DNA of 64,000 bases from Desulfosudaceae bacterium (GTDB lineage: Bacteria > Desulfobacterota > Desulfobacteria > Desulfobacterales > Desulfosudaceae): positions 2,208,001 to 2,272,000 of the forward strand of contig CAXXDV010000001.1 of NCBI GenBank assembly GCA_963674745.2, in the 5' to 3' direction. The translations under genes and the position numbers were made by a program. The notes beneath the pieces were generated by a model, which was not told the DNA's origin, did no database searches, and saw nothing but the letters and a program-made list of their open reading frames with translations. Shown here piece by piece: positions 53,347 through 62,519 of this stretch. How positions within the stretch are numbered: position 1 is the first letter of the stretch; every line of letters begins with the position of its first letter.

Positions 53347-54573
53347 ATGAAAATGCGTACTTTAATTTTTGTTCTGACCGGCCTGATGACACTGCTTATC
53401 TTCCCGGTCGCTTACAGTGCCGATTCATCCGATGGTATTCTTTCCATTGAAACCATTGGTACCAGCCGGATAAACGAGGAAGACCCTTCTTCCGCCGAAC
53501 AGGCCGCCATCAGCAATGCGCTGGAACTGGCGCTTGATCGAGGTGTGGCCGCGATCGTACCCCCGGAGATTCTGGCCGGGAATTTTTCGGAGATCGTCAA
53601 TTCTTTTTACGGCCGTACCGAACACTTTATTCTTAACTATAAGAAGTTGGCGGTGACCAAGGTGGATGGCTTCTGCCGGGTTCTGGTCCGGGCATCTATC
53701 CCGGCCGACAATATAAAAGGACGCATCCGGCAGTCCGGTATCATGATCGACAGGTCGGTATCCCCGCGTGTGCTGATTATGATCAGTGAAGAGCGGGATG
53801 GAAAAGTACCTGTCTACTGGTGGCGGAAAGGCGGGTCGAAGCTTATGGTCGTGGCTGAAAAAAGCATGGCCCAGGATTTCGTTAAAAGGGGGCTAACGCC
53901 CTTATCCCACGATCGGGGACAATTGATGATGGACTTGAACGACGACAGCCTCCGTTTAAAGGATAGTGCGGTCTTTGAGATCGGCCGTCAGCTGGGTGCG
54001 GATTTTGTTATTACCGGCCGGTCTTCGGTGGTCATTCCGGATAATTTCAGGCCTGAAAGAGGGGGGGATGTTTTGGGGGTGATTGATGCCCGGCTGCTGG
54101 ATATCAATACCGAGAGCATTATTTCCATCGCCACGATCCATCATAGTGCCAGTCACTCGGAGAATGCTCCCGGCAGACACAACGCTCTTTCCGGGGCCGG
54201 AACGGAGGCGGTACGGCGATTTGCGCCGGCCATTATTACGGCTTTCGAACAACAGAAAAACAGGCCTCATGAATATCAAATCCGTATTGAGGGTGCCGGA
54301 TACCTGGCCTACCTGAACACATTTCGAAATCTTCTGGCGTCCCTTGACGGCGTTGACCAGCTCCAGATTAATGAAATGAAAAGAGACGAGGCTGTTATCA
54401 GCGTGAACTTCAGGGGGAGTACGCGTGAACTGGCCGGTAAACTGGCTTCAGCGGCTTCTGAGGGTTTAACCATAAATGTCCGGCGTGTTTTAGAAGACGG
54501 TATCGTCATCACGCTGGCACCACCGGATATGACGGCTGATTTCAATGAGACGGGAGAAACAACCAGGCCATAA
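53347..54573 (+). CDS. Hypothetical exported protein
   Basis: GGAG RBS, signal peptide, long ORF in operon context. Confidence 0.7.
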   Translation: MKMRTLIFVLTGLMTLLIFPVAYSADSSDGILSIETIGTSRINEEDPSSAEQAAISNALELALDRGVAAIVPPEILAGNFSEIVNSFYGRTEHFILNYKKLAVTKVDGFCRVLVRASIPADNIKGRIRQSGIMIDRSVSPRVLIMISEERDGKVPVYWWRKGGSKLMVVAEKSMAQDFVKRGLTPLSHDRGQLMMDLNDDSLRLKDSAVFEIGRQLGADFVITGRSSVVIPDNFRPERGGDVLGVIDARLLDINTESIISIATIHHSASHSENAPGRHNALSGAGTEAVRRFAPAIITAFEQQKNRPHEYQIRIEGAGYLAYLNTFRNLLASLDGVDQLQINEMKRDEAVISVNFRGSTRELAGKLASAASEGLTINVRRVLEDGIVITLAPPDMTADFNETGETTRP

Positions 54574-54862
54574 CAGCCGGCTGGGATTTGCCGGGCGGCT
54601 GATCGAAGACCTTTTGCTGCTTTTCCGGTTGCTGATCGATTTTATCCGGGGGAGATATCGTCAGGTGCCGGTGCGGGTCATTGCTGTATTGATTTTTGTT
54701 CTGGTTTATATTTTTTCACCGTTTGATCTTATTCCGGATTACCTGCCGGGTTTCGGGCAGATTGACGACGTCGTTGTGGCTTTGCTTTGTCTTTATTTTT
54801 TAGAAAAGGACCTGCTGATTTATAAACAATGGAAAACAGGCAATAGCGGGGAGCAGGAATGA
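54545..54862 (+). CDS. YkvA/DUF1232 family membrane protein
   Basis: YIFSPFDLIPDYLPGFGQIDD. Confidence 0.9.
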   Translation: MRREKQPGHNSRLGFAGRLIEDLLLLFRLLIDFIRGRYRQVPVRVIAVLIFVLVYIFSPFDLIPDYLPGFGQIDDVVVALLCLYFLEKDLLIYKQWKTGNSGEQE

Positions 54863-55680
54863 CTATTCGCGATGAAATCCTTCGTGCGGCCAGCATACTG
54901 GCGAGAGCGGAAAATGCCGTGGCATCTACCGGTGCCGGCATCTCCGCGGAAAGCGGCATCGCCACTTTCAGGGATCCGGGGGGTGTCTGGGACCGGCTGG
55001 ACCCGATGGAAGTGGGTAACACCGCCGGATTGATAAACGCTCTGGATAAAAACGCTGAGAAATATGTGTCGTTGTTTATCGAATTGCTGGATTCTTTGGA
55101 AAGCGCCGAGCCCAATGCCGGGCATCTGGCACTTGCCGATCTCGAAAACTTGGGGATCATTAAAACCGTCATCACCCAGAATATTGACAACCTTCACCAG
55201 GAAGCCGGTAATAGCCGGGTGATTGAGGTCCACGGCAACGGCTTCAGATTTTCCTGCACCTCTTGTGGCCGTCGGGAAGAAAGGGAAAGAAAAGGGCTGT
55301 TAAATGAAGCCAAAAGCAGAATCAAGGCCATGACGGAATTTTCTTTGACGACTTTTATAACGGTGCTTCCGGAATGTGCTCTTTGCGGGGCCATGATGCG
55401 GCCGGACGTGGTCATGTTCGGTGAATCCGTACAGGGCCTTCCGGCCGCTTTCGAAGCGGTCAGGAACTGTGATGCCATGCTGGCGTTGGGAACTTCCGGC
55501 GTGGTCTACCCGGCGGCCTATTTCCCGTTTGAAGCCAAACATGCCGGTGCCAGTGTGATTGTGGTCAATCCCAGTGAAAATCCGTTTTATGCGGTTTCTG
55601 ATGCCTATATACCGATGAAAGCCGGAGAAGCCCTGCCGCAAATAGTCGAAGCGGTCAGGCAGATCCGTGGCGATGCCTGA
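54859..55680 (+). CDS. NAD-dependent deacylase (Sir2/CobB family)
   Basis: TGAGISAESGI.TFR, TQNID.LH, HG, RPDVVMFGE, GTS. Confidence 0.93.
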   Translation: MTIRDEILRAASILARAENAVASTGAGISAESGIATFRDPGGVWDRLDPMEVGNTAGLINALDKNAEKYVSLFIELLDSLESAEPNAGHLALADLENLGIIKTVITQNIDNLHQEAGNSRVIEVHGNGFRFSCTSCGRREERERKGLLNEAKSRIKAMTEFSLTTFITVLPECALCGAMMRPDVVMFGESVQGLPAAFEAVRNCDAMLALGTSGVVYPAAYFPFEAKHAGASVIVVNPSENPFYAVSDAYIPMKAGEALPQIVEAVRQIRGDA

Positions 55681-55753
55681 AATATCCGGTTTGACAGCGA
55701 TACCGTTGACGGCGCCGATGTTAATCGTCGATGCCTGATGAAATGACACTTCA

Positions 55754-57472
55754 ATGGGGAGGGAAAACATGGGAAATGAGCGTTTCTGGACCAAAGCCTA
55801 TGATGAGGGAGTGGGAGATCTTTCTCCGGATCAATGGGAAATCAGCTATGTAGATGCCGTTCGGCCGACTTTTTCAAGCCTCGGAGACAAGACCGCCTAC
55901 GCTTTCATGGGGACGCATATCAGCTTTTCCGATCTTGATCGTTATGCCAACCGGTTCGCGCGGATGCTGCTGGACAACGGGTTTCAAAAAGGCGACACGG
56001 TCGGTATTAACCTGCCCAATATCCCTGAATATGCCATTGCCTGGCTGGGCACACTTCGCGCCGGTTGCGTGGTTTCCGGTGTGTCCCCCCTGCTGTCGTC
56101 ACCGGAGATGAAACACCAGCTGGCCGACTCCAAAGCCAGGGGCGTGGTGACCCTGGACGCGATTTTTGCCGCCAGGGTGACGGAAATCGCCGATGAACTG
56201 CCGGATTTGAAACTGATCGTCGTGGCCGGCGTGGGCGGGTTCCTGTCGCCCGTAAAGCGGTTTTTAGGCAAGCGGCTGGGGAAAATTCCGACCGGTAAAA
56301 TAACGCCCCTTGCCGGCAAAACCGTCCTGAAGATCGAACCGGTCATTAAAAGCGCGACTTACAGTGACGCCGATCCCGGTGTAACGGTGACACCCGATGA
56401 CATCGCCTATATCCAGTATACCGGCGGCACCACCGGGCTTCCCAAGGGGGCGCAGTTGAGTCATCGCAACGTGGTGGCCGATCTGCTGATCGTTCAGCAC
56501 TGGCTGCACTGGGAAAAAGGACGGGGGCTGGCCCTGTCGGGATTCCCGTTTTTTCACATCGCCGGTCTGTTTTTCAATAAAAACTGTATTTACCTGGGCT
56601 GGACCCAGGTGCTGATTCCCAATCCGCGGGATACGGACCATATCTGCAAGGAAATAAAAAAATATCAGCCGACGGTACTGGTCAACGTGCCGTCTCTGTT
56701 TCAGATGCTGATCGCCAATCCCGGGTTTAAGACGCTGGACCATTCCGGCCTGGAGGCCTGTATCTCTGCGGCTTCTCCTTTTCCCGAGGAATCCCAGCGG
56801 CAACTGGAGCAGATCGTCGGCAAGGAAAAGCTGCTCGAGGTCTACGGTATGACCGAGACGGCTCCGCTGACCACCATGAATCCCGTTGACGGCCCCAAGA
56901 AACTGGGCCATATCGGCCTGCCCCTGCCCAATACGGACATCTGTTTAAAAAGCACCGAAACCGGCGAACCCGTTCCCATTGGTGAACCAGGTGAGATATG
57001 TGTCAAGGGGCCCCAGGTGATGGTGGGGTATTTCAATAAGCCCGAGGAGACCCAAAAAGTCTTTGATGCCGAAGGTTATCTGCATACCGGTGACGTGGCC
57101 GTTCAGGACGAAGACGGCTACCTGCGGATTGTCGATCGTACCAAGGATATGATCATCGTCAGCGGGTTCAAGGTATTTTCCCGCCGGGTGGAGGACCTCC
57201 TTTCCGAACATCCGGCCATCGAAATGATCGCCACCATCGGCCGTCCCAACCCCGACCGTCCCGGTTCGGAACTGGTCGAGGCCTATGTCAAACCCGTTGA
57301 GGGCCATCCTCTGGCTGCGGACAAGGACGCCCTGGAAAAGGAAATCGTCGCTTTTGCCAAGGAGAAGCTGTCTCCTTATGAAGTGCCCAAGCGGATTCAT
57401 GTCATGGATGAGCTGCCTCTGACGACCGTCGGCAAGGTGGACAAGAAGGTGTTGCGCAAACGCGAGGATTGA
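55754..57472 (+). CDS. Long-chain acyl-CoA ligase (FadD-like)
   Basis: YTGGTTGLPKG, YGMTE, TGD, DRTKDM, LPLTTVGK. Confidence 0.92.
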   Translation: MGRENMGNERFWTKAYDEGVGDLSPDQWEISYVDAVRPTFSSLGDKTAYAFMGTHISFSDLDRYANRFARMLLDNGFQKGDTVGINLPNIPEYAIAWLGTLRAGCVVSGVSPLLSSPEMKHQLADSKARGVVTLDAIFAARVTEIADELPDLKLIVVAGVGGFLSPVKRFLGKRLGKIPTGKITPLAGKTVLKIEPVIKSATYSDADPGVTVTPDDIAYIQYTGGTTGLPKGAQLSHRNVVADLLIVQHWLHWEKGRGLALSGFPFFHIAGLFFNKNCIYLGWTQVLIPNPRDTDHICKEIKKYQPTVLVNVPSLFQMLIANPGFKTLDHSGLEACISAASPFPEESQRQLEQIVGKEKLLEVYGMTETAPLTTMNPVDGPKKLGHIGLPLPNTDICLKSTETGEPVPIGEPGEICVKGPQVMVGYFNKPEETQKVFDAEGYLHTGDVAVQDEDGYLRIVDRTKDMIIVSGFKVFSRRVEDLLSEHPAIEMIATIGRPNPDRPGSELVEAYVKPVEGHPLAADKDALEKEIVAFAKEKLSPYEVPKRIHVMDELPLTTVGKVDKKVLRKRED

Positions 57473-57665
57473 TTTTCCATGTTTGCCCCTTTAATATGGT
57501 AATAAATGGAAAATCCTGGTTATTTATTATTGAGAAAAGCAAACATGGAAAATATGGCGGAATATTTTCCACGTTTACCCCTTTAATAATAGTAATACAT
57601 GGAAAACTTTCCACATATATACGCCAATAACATGGAAAATTTTTCCACCTATTACACTGTTGGAA
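57472..57665 (+). promoter_or_regulatory. Array leader / putative attI-like site with iterated TGGAAAA/TTTTCCA boxes
   Basis: Ends in G|TTGGAA (57659), complementary to the first cassette's R'' TTCCAAC; about 8 TGGAAA(A) boxes in both orientations. Confidence 0.6.
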
Positions 57666-57680
57666 GCATTGGAAAAAGGT

Positions 57681-58559
57681 ATGATAAATATATTATCGTT
57701 TATATTCTTCATTCTGATCAGTTTTCCAGCGTTCGCAGAAGAGCCTACCGTTTTTCAGATGCCTAAAAATGAAAACATCTATTTCAAGAGTTATTCATAT
57801 ACTTTCTCAGAATACTTTCAGTTCAATGCAAACGGAACATATCGAAAAATAACCCGAGAACATATGTATGTTGATGAAAGCGATCACGGCACATGGAGAC
57901 AGGACAAATCTGGAGAGCTCATTTTAACATCGCAGGAGCATTATCGTAATATTGAATGTGCTTCATTGTGCATTGGCATATGGAATGCTGAGGGAATTAA
58001 GCGACTGCCGTTGGTAAAGGAATATATCAAAAAACTCCTTGATAATTCTAATGTGCAAGCGTTTACAAAAGAGCAAATAGAAGCAAGGAAGCTGTACGGT
58101 AAGAAACATATAAATAAAATGCTCCTTGCTAAATTTAACGAGCAAGAGTTAACAAAGGAACTAATTGATGAAATTGAGAACACAGATTTTGAACATTCAA
58201 ACCCACCACTCATCTATGTTGATTATAGAGTTGAAATAGTACCTCGGAGTGATCTCAATGACCTTATAAAACAGATTGATGAGTTTCTGAATGATTCAGA
58301 AAAAAAAGACTTTCATGCAACACCTATGAACTATAAGGGACAGACATTTCTTCTTTGGAAAAATGCACAAACTTGTTCAAAACAAGATCTGAAAGAAACT
58401 TTAGCGGAGATTGACAAACATAATTCTGAAACTACCCTTACACACATTTATACTAAAATTAAGGGGGACATTTTTCAAAAAGAATCAGAGACGACTCAAG
58501 AATTTATTTTTTATCCAGAGATGAATACTTGTATACCACAACCTGAAAAAAGAGAATAA
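57681..58559 (+). CDS. Cassette 1: hypothetical exported protein
   Basis: ATG after AAAGG; signal peptide MINILSFIFFILISFPAFA. Confidence 0.75.
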   Translation: MINILSFIFFILISFPAFAEEPTVFQMPKNENIYFKSYSYTFSEYFQFNANGTYRKITREHMYVDESDHGTWRQDKSGELILTSQEHYRNIECASLCIGIWNAEGIKRLPLVKEYIKKLLDNSNVQAFTKEQIEARKLYGKKHINKMLLAKFNEQELTKELIDEIENTDFEHSNPPLIYVDYRVEIVPRSDLNDLIKQIDEFLNDSEKKDFHATPMNYKGQTFLLWKNAQTCSKQDLKETLAEIDKHNSETTLTHIYTKIKGDIFQKESETTQEFIFYPEMNTCIPQPEKRE

Positions 58560-58565
58560 ATAGGC

Positions 58566-58693
58566 TTCCAACAATTCAGCGCAATAGGATCGCCAGGGCA
58601 CTCGGATTTTGAACAGCCGTGCTGAATTGTATATTAACCGACTTTAAGACAGTCGGAGGAAGCCCTGGCGCCCTTTGGCTGAAGACGTTATAT
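58566..58693 (+). repeat. attC site 1 (family A)
   Basis: TTCCAAC...CGCCAGGGC...GCCCTGGCG...GAC|GTTATAT. Confidence 0.88.
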
Positions 58694-58713
58694 TTTATGA
58701 AGGATATTTCTGA

Positions 58714-59226
58714 ATGGATAAGAAAAAATGTTTGATATGCTGTAGTGAAATAGATGTTCAGGCTAAAAAATGTCCTTTTTGTAAACACTGGCAAAATAAA
58801 ATTAGCCTGGTGATTTGGCATCCATTTTTTACAGTAGCGATATTGCTTGTTCTTTACCTTCTATTCCAACAATTCTTCATTGATACACTTGGCCCTGGTG
58901 AGGATTTTGCTCCGGTAAGAAGTGAGATTGTTTTAAAGGATTGTACTATGGAGTTCGGTGAATCCAAATGCGGGCAAACAGTGGTCATTTTAGGAATGAT
59001 TGAAAATAATAGCGATCTAAATTGGGAAAAACCAAATTTTGAAATAATTTTCTTTGACAAGGATAAAAATATAATTGATACCGAACAGGAGGAAAATTAC
59101 AGTTTTGTCCTACCATCAAAAGAAAAAGTCCCTTTTAAGGTATCGATTAGAAGAGAATTTCCGCAGGAACTTTATGACTCGTTTGAGATACGAATTGTAA
59201 CGGCCAAAGAAGAAGGCCACTATTAA
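58714..59226 (+). CDS. Cassette 2: zinc-ribbon + TM + FxLYD-like domain protein
   Basis: CxxC..CPxC, one TM helix, G.IEN.S..FFDKD. Confidence 0.7.
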   Translation: MDKKKCLICCSEIDVQAKKCPFCKHWQNKISLVIWHPFFTVAILLVLYLLFQQFFIDTLGPGEDFAPVRSEIVLKDCTMEFGESKCGQTVVILGMIENNSDLNWEKPNFEIIFFDKDKNIIDTEQEENYSFVLPSKEKVPFKVSIRREFPQELYDSFEIRIVTAKEEGHY

Positions 59227-59227
59227 A

Positions 59228-59352
59228 ATATAACAACACGTTGGTAAGGGACCGCAAGGGGCGTCCGATTTTGGCTCTTGCCACATAATTCAAAAACGAG
59301 TTTTCTGCGGGTGGCTCCTTCCCCTTGCGGCCCCACACCGTGGACGTTATAT
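59228..59352 (+). repeat. attC site 2 (family B)
   Basis: ATATAAC...CCGCAAGGGG...CCCCTTGCGG...GAC|GTTATAT. Confidence 0.88.
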
Positions 59353-59372
59353 GCTTAAAAAGGAATTAGAGA

Positions 59373-59804
59373 ATGAAGTACGTCGCATTTATCTTGATTT
59401 TTTTTTCGGCTTTGGCATTTGCAAATGATAGCAAACACTACGAGCTTGCAAAACAATTTGATGAGTTATCTGGGGCGCAAGACAAAACAAAGCTGGTTGA
59501 TTCCATATTGCCAAACTTGGTAATCAATATGCCAGAACTAAAAGGCAATGAAAATATCATCAGAGAACATTTAATAAGCATACTATCATCACAAGAATAT
59601 CAAGATGGAAAAATAAATGTATATATGAGCATTTATAACGAAAAGCAGCTTGAGTCGCTCATTGAGTTAGTGAAATCACCTGCTTTTAAATTACTGCAAG
59701 ATCACAGATATGAAATGAATATTGGTTTTATTAAAAACATGAATGAAATAATTCAAAGAAGAATGCCAGAGCTTGAAGCAAAGGTAGCTAATCAAAAAGA
59801 ATAA
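59373..59804 (+). CDS. Cassette 3: hypothetical exported helical protein (DUF2059-like)
   Basis: AAGGA RBS, signal peptide ending ALAFA. Confidence 0.7.
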   Translation: MKYVAFILIFFSALAFANDSKHYELAKQFDELSGAQDKTKLVDSILPNLVINMPELKGNENIIREHLISILSSQEYQDGKINVYMSIYNEKQLESLIELVKSPAFKLLQDHRYEMNIGFIKNMNEIIQRRMPELEAKVANQKE

Positions 59805-59807
59805 TTC

Positions 59808-59933
59808 ATATAACAACGCCACTCACCCGGACTCGCAGGGGCGGTCGGCTTTGGGTTTAGGCATAAGTTGGTGTTGAACGCACATTAAAAAAGGTCTGTA
59901 CCCCCTGCTCGCCGGTGGTGGCGGACGTTAGCC
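59808..59933 (+). repeat. attC site 3 (family B)
   Basis: ATATAAC..GCCAC..GCAGGGG...CCCCTGC..GTGGC GGAC|GTTAGCC. Confidence 0.88.
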
Positions 59934-59952
59934 CTACAAGGATTCTACAATT

Positions 59953-60357
59953 TTGAAATACAAATTGTTCATATTTTTCTTCGCGATTATTTCCACCTTG
60001 GGAGTATCCTCCTTTGCCGATGAGACAGGCCAAGTGGAAGTTGCAAGACGAGTCGTAATTAAATTTTTGAGTGCAATTGAAAACAAAAACCTGAATGCGT
60101 ATAAGGACATTATTCATCCCAATTCAGATGCCAGTTTGATGAAAGTGTGGCGTAAATGGGAGAAAATTCACAATCGCCAAAGCTTAGATAAATTATCCGT
60201 TATTTCTGGAGATGACGATATAATGATTTTACGAGCTGATATCATGACTATATCTCAGAAACGTTCTAAATCAGATATAATATTTATTTTGCAAAAGTGG
60301 TCCGGCGAATGGAAAATTTTGGACTTAACAGAAATTGATCAACAATTTTTGGGCTAA
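59953..60357 (+). CDS. Cassette 4: hypothetical exported protein (NTF2-like)
   Basis: TTG start after AAGGA, signal peptide, C-terminal GEWKI; stop codon inside R''. Confidence 0.65.
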   Translation: MKYKLFIFFFAIISTLGVSSFADETGQVEVARRVVIKFLSAIENKNLNAYKDIIHPNSDASLMKVWRKWEKIHNRQSLDKLSVISGDDDIMILRADIMTISQKRSKSDIIFILQKWSGEWKILDLTEIDQQFLG

Positions 60358-60479
60358 CAATCAAGCTCAAGTGGACAGCCAGGGCACTCGGGTTTCGAAA
60401 AGTCGGGGAAATTTGAACAATCAAAATTTTAAACAAAGCTGGTGGAAGCCCTTGCTGCCATTGGCTTGAGACGTTATAA
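60352..60479 (+). repeat. attC site 4 (family A)
   Basis: GGCTAAC..AAGCTCAAGTGGACAGC...GCTGCCATTGGCTT GAGAC|GTTATAA. Confidence 0.9.
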
Positions 60480-60485
60480 ATCGAT

Positions 60486-61163
60486 ATGAACATTTCCAAA
60501 CCATACATATTGTTTTTAAGCTTTGTTCTTTTGTTTATTGTTGATTCCATTTGTCATGCTAATGAAATTGAAAAAAAGTTCATTGAAGCAGGGCTTATTG
60601 ACATTCATATGATCGATGAATCGATAAAAGTCGATCTCGTGAATTCTGATCCCGACAAAAATTTTTTTCGGGAAAATTTTTATAATGGCCTTAATAAGGC
60701 TTATCTCCGTAGAGAAGTCGCCCAAAAATTATCAACGGCTCAAAAATATCTAAAATCAGAATTCTCCGATTATTCAATTTTGATAATGGATGCGGCTCGT
60801 CCGAGAAGTGTGTCACAACGAATGTATGATAAAATGAAGGGGACCAAATTCGAAAAATTTGTCGCCAATCCTAATAGAGGATCAATGCATAATTATGGTA
60901 TCGCTGTTGATGTAACAATAGTGGACGGAAATGGCAAAGAAATTGATATGGGATTTACGCCTTTTTACAAGAGCAATCTTTCAATCTACTGGGGTTATGC
61001 AAAACTCAAAATGTTTGACCTTAGCGGAGAACAAAGAAAGAACCGGAAACTGCTTTCGACCATAATGAAAAAGGCTGGGTTTTACCCTCTAAGTTATGAA
61101 TGGTGGCATTTTAACGGATTATCGAAGGATCTAGCCCGTAAGAAATACGTAATAATCGAATAA
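60486..61163 (+). CDS. Cassette 5: D-Ala-D-Ala dipeptidase-like (peptidase M15D, VanX/DdpX family) with signal peptide
   Basis: DAARP..V, SMHNYGIAVDVT, DMG, EWWHF. Confidence 0.88.
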   Translation: MNISKPYILFLSFVLLFIVDSICHANEIEKKFIEAGLIDIHMIDESIKVDLVNSDPDKNFFRENFYNGLNKAYLRREVAQKLSTAQKYLKSEFSDYSILIMDAARPRSVSQRMYDKMKGTKFEKFVANPNRGSMHNYGIAVDVTIVDGNGKEIDMGFTPFYKSNLSIYWGYAKLKMFDLSGEQRKNRKLLSTIMKKAGFYPLSYEWWHFNGLSKDLARKKYVIIE

Positions 61164-61164
61164 T

Positions 61165-61287
61165 TTATAACAACACCATGCACTTGACTCGCAGGGGCGG
61201 GCTGCTTTTTAAGTATCCTGGTTTGGTGTTAACGTGGCTTTGTAAAAGGCACGTTTCCCTGCTCCCAAGTGACGGTGGACGTTATAT
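61165..61287 (+). repeat. attC site 5 (family B)
   Basis: TTATAAC..CACTTG..GCAGGG...CCCTGC..CAAGTG..GGAC|GTTATAT. Confidence 0.88.
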
Positions 61288-61307
61288 TTTATGAAGGATA
61301 TTTCTGA

Positions 61308-61820
61308 ATGGATAAGAAAAAATGTTTGATATGCTGTAGTGAAATAGATGTTCAGGCTAAAAAATGTCCTTTTTGTAAACACTGGCAAAATAAAATTAGC
61401 CTGGTGATTTGGCATCCATTTTTTACAGTAGCGATATTGCTTGTTCTTTACCTTCTATTCCAACAATTCTTCATTGATACACTTGGCCCTGGTGAGGATT
61501 TTGCTCCGGTAAGAAGTGAGATTGTTTTAAAGGATTGTACTATGGAGTTCGGTGAATCCAAATGCGGGCAAACAGTGGTCATTTTAGGAATGATTGAAAA
61601 TAATAGCGATCTAAATTGGGAAAAACCAAATTTTGAAATAATTTTCTTTGACAAGGATAAAAATATAATTGATACCGAACAGGAGGAAAATTACAGTTTT
61701 GTCCTACCATCAAAAGAAAAAGTCCCTTTTAAGGTATCGATTAGAAGAGAATTTCCGCAGGAACTTTATGACTCGTTTGAGATACGAATTGTAACGGCCA
61801 AAGAAGAAGGCCACTATTAA
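61308..61820 (+). CDS. Cassette 6: duplicate of cassette 2
   Basis: Identical 170-aa translation. Confidence 0.75.
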   Translation: MDKKKCLICCSEIDVQAKKCPFCKHWQNKISLVIWHPFFTVAILLVLYLLFQQFFIDTLGPGEDFAPVRSEIVLKDCTMEFGESKCGQTVVILGMIENNSDLNWEKPNFEIIFFDKDKNIIDTEQEENYSFVLPSKEKVPFKVSIRREFPQELYDSFEIRIVTAKEEGHY

Positions 61821-61821
61821 A

Positions 61822-61946
61822 ATATAACAACACGTTGGTAAGGGACCGCAAGGGGCGTCCGATTTTGGCTCTTGCCACATAATTCAAAAACGAGTTTTCT
61901 GCGGGTGGCTCCCTCCCCTTGCGGCCCCACACCGTGGACGTTGGGC
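61822..61946 (+). repeat. attC site 6 (copy of attC2)
   Basis: Same as attC2 except T59319/C61913; R' GTTGGGC. Confidence 0.88.
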
Positions 61947-61969
61947 GTAAAAAAAACGGGGAGTTCAAA

Positions 61970-62449
61970 ATGAATCAACCGATAAGCGATAAACATTTGA
62001 AAGAAATAAAACGCATACGAATAAGTTTAATAAAAAATGTACTTATTTTTTGTATCTGCGTTGCATCTATTCCATTCTTTTATACCAAGGGCTATTTTAT
62101 AATTGATAAAATGTCTTCTAAAAGTATCGATCAGTATTCAATAGAACTTCAGAACCAATTGACAGAAATCAATGGCATTAATGCGGTTACAAAAAACGAG
62201 AAACGGCTGAAAGAAATTAGCTGGCAGAACACATCTATAATATTCAACGTCGTAAAGAAAATACCCGAGGGTATTAATTCGGTCACTTGTATACTGCTGG
62301 CATTTTCAGCGTTTTTATTTTTTATTAATCTTTATACTCAGTATCGTTGTCTAAAATTAATTAAAAACATTCAAAACGCCCAACCAAGCAGCTCAAAAGG
62401 ATCGCCAGGGCATTCGGGTTTTGAGCAGTCGGGGGTCACTGAACATTAA
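61970..62449 (+). CDS. Cassette 7: hypothetical 2-TM membrane protein, reads into attC7
   Basis: GGGGAG RBS, ATG 61970, two hydrophobic segments. Confidence 0.7.
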   Translation: MNQPISDKHLKEIKRIRISLIKNVLIFCICVASIPFFYTKGYFIIDKMSSKSIDQYSIELQNQLTEINGINAVTKNEKRLKEISWQNTSIIFNVVKKIPEGINSVTCILLAFSAFLFFINLYTQYRCLKLIKNIQNAQPSSSKGSPGHSGFEQSGVTEH

Positions 62450-62505
62450 CCATATATAAGTCAGTCGGAGGAAGCCCTGGCGCCCTTTGGCTGCCGCCGT
62501 TATGC
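62378..62505 (+). repeat. attC site 7 (family A)
   Basis: GCCCAAC..GCAGC..CGCCAGGGC...GCCCTGGCG..GCTGC..GTTATGC. Confidence 0.88.
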
Positions 62506-62519
62506 GTAACGAGTATCAT

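Noticed and set aside
57472..57650. TTTTCCAC boxes as DnaA boxes / replication origin
   Set aside because: None matches TTWTNCACA fully, the dominant motif is CATGGAAAA, and no dnaA/rep gene is nearby.
60486..61163. Vancomycin-resistance locus
   Set aside because: Only a lone VanX-family gene; no vanH, vanA, vanR or vanS.
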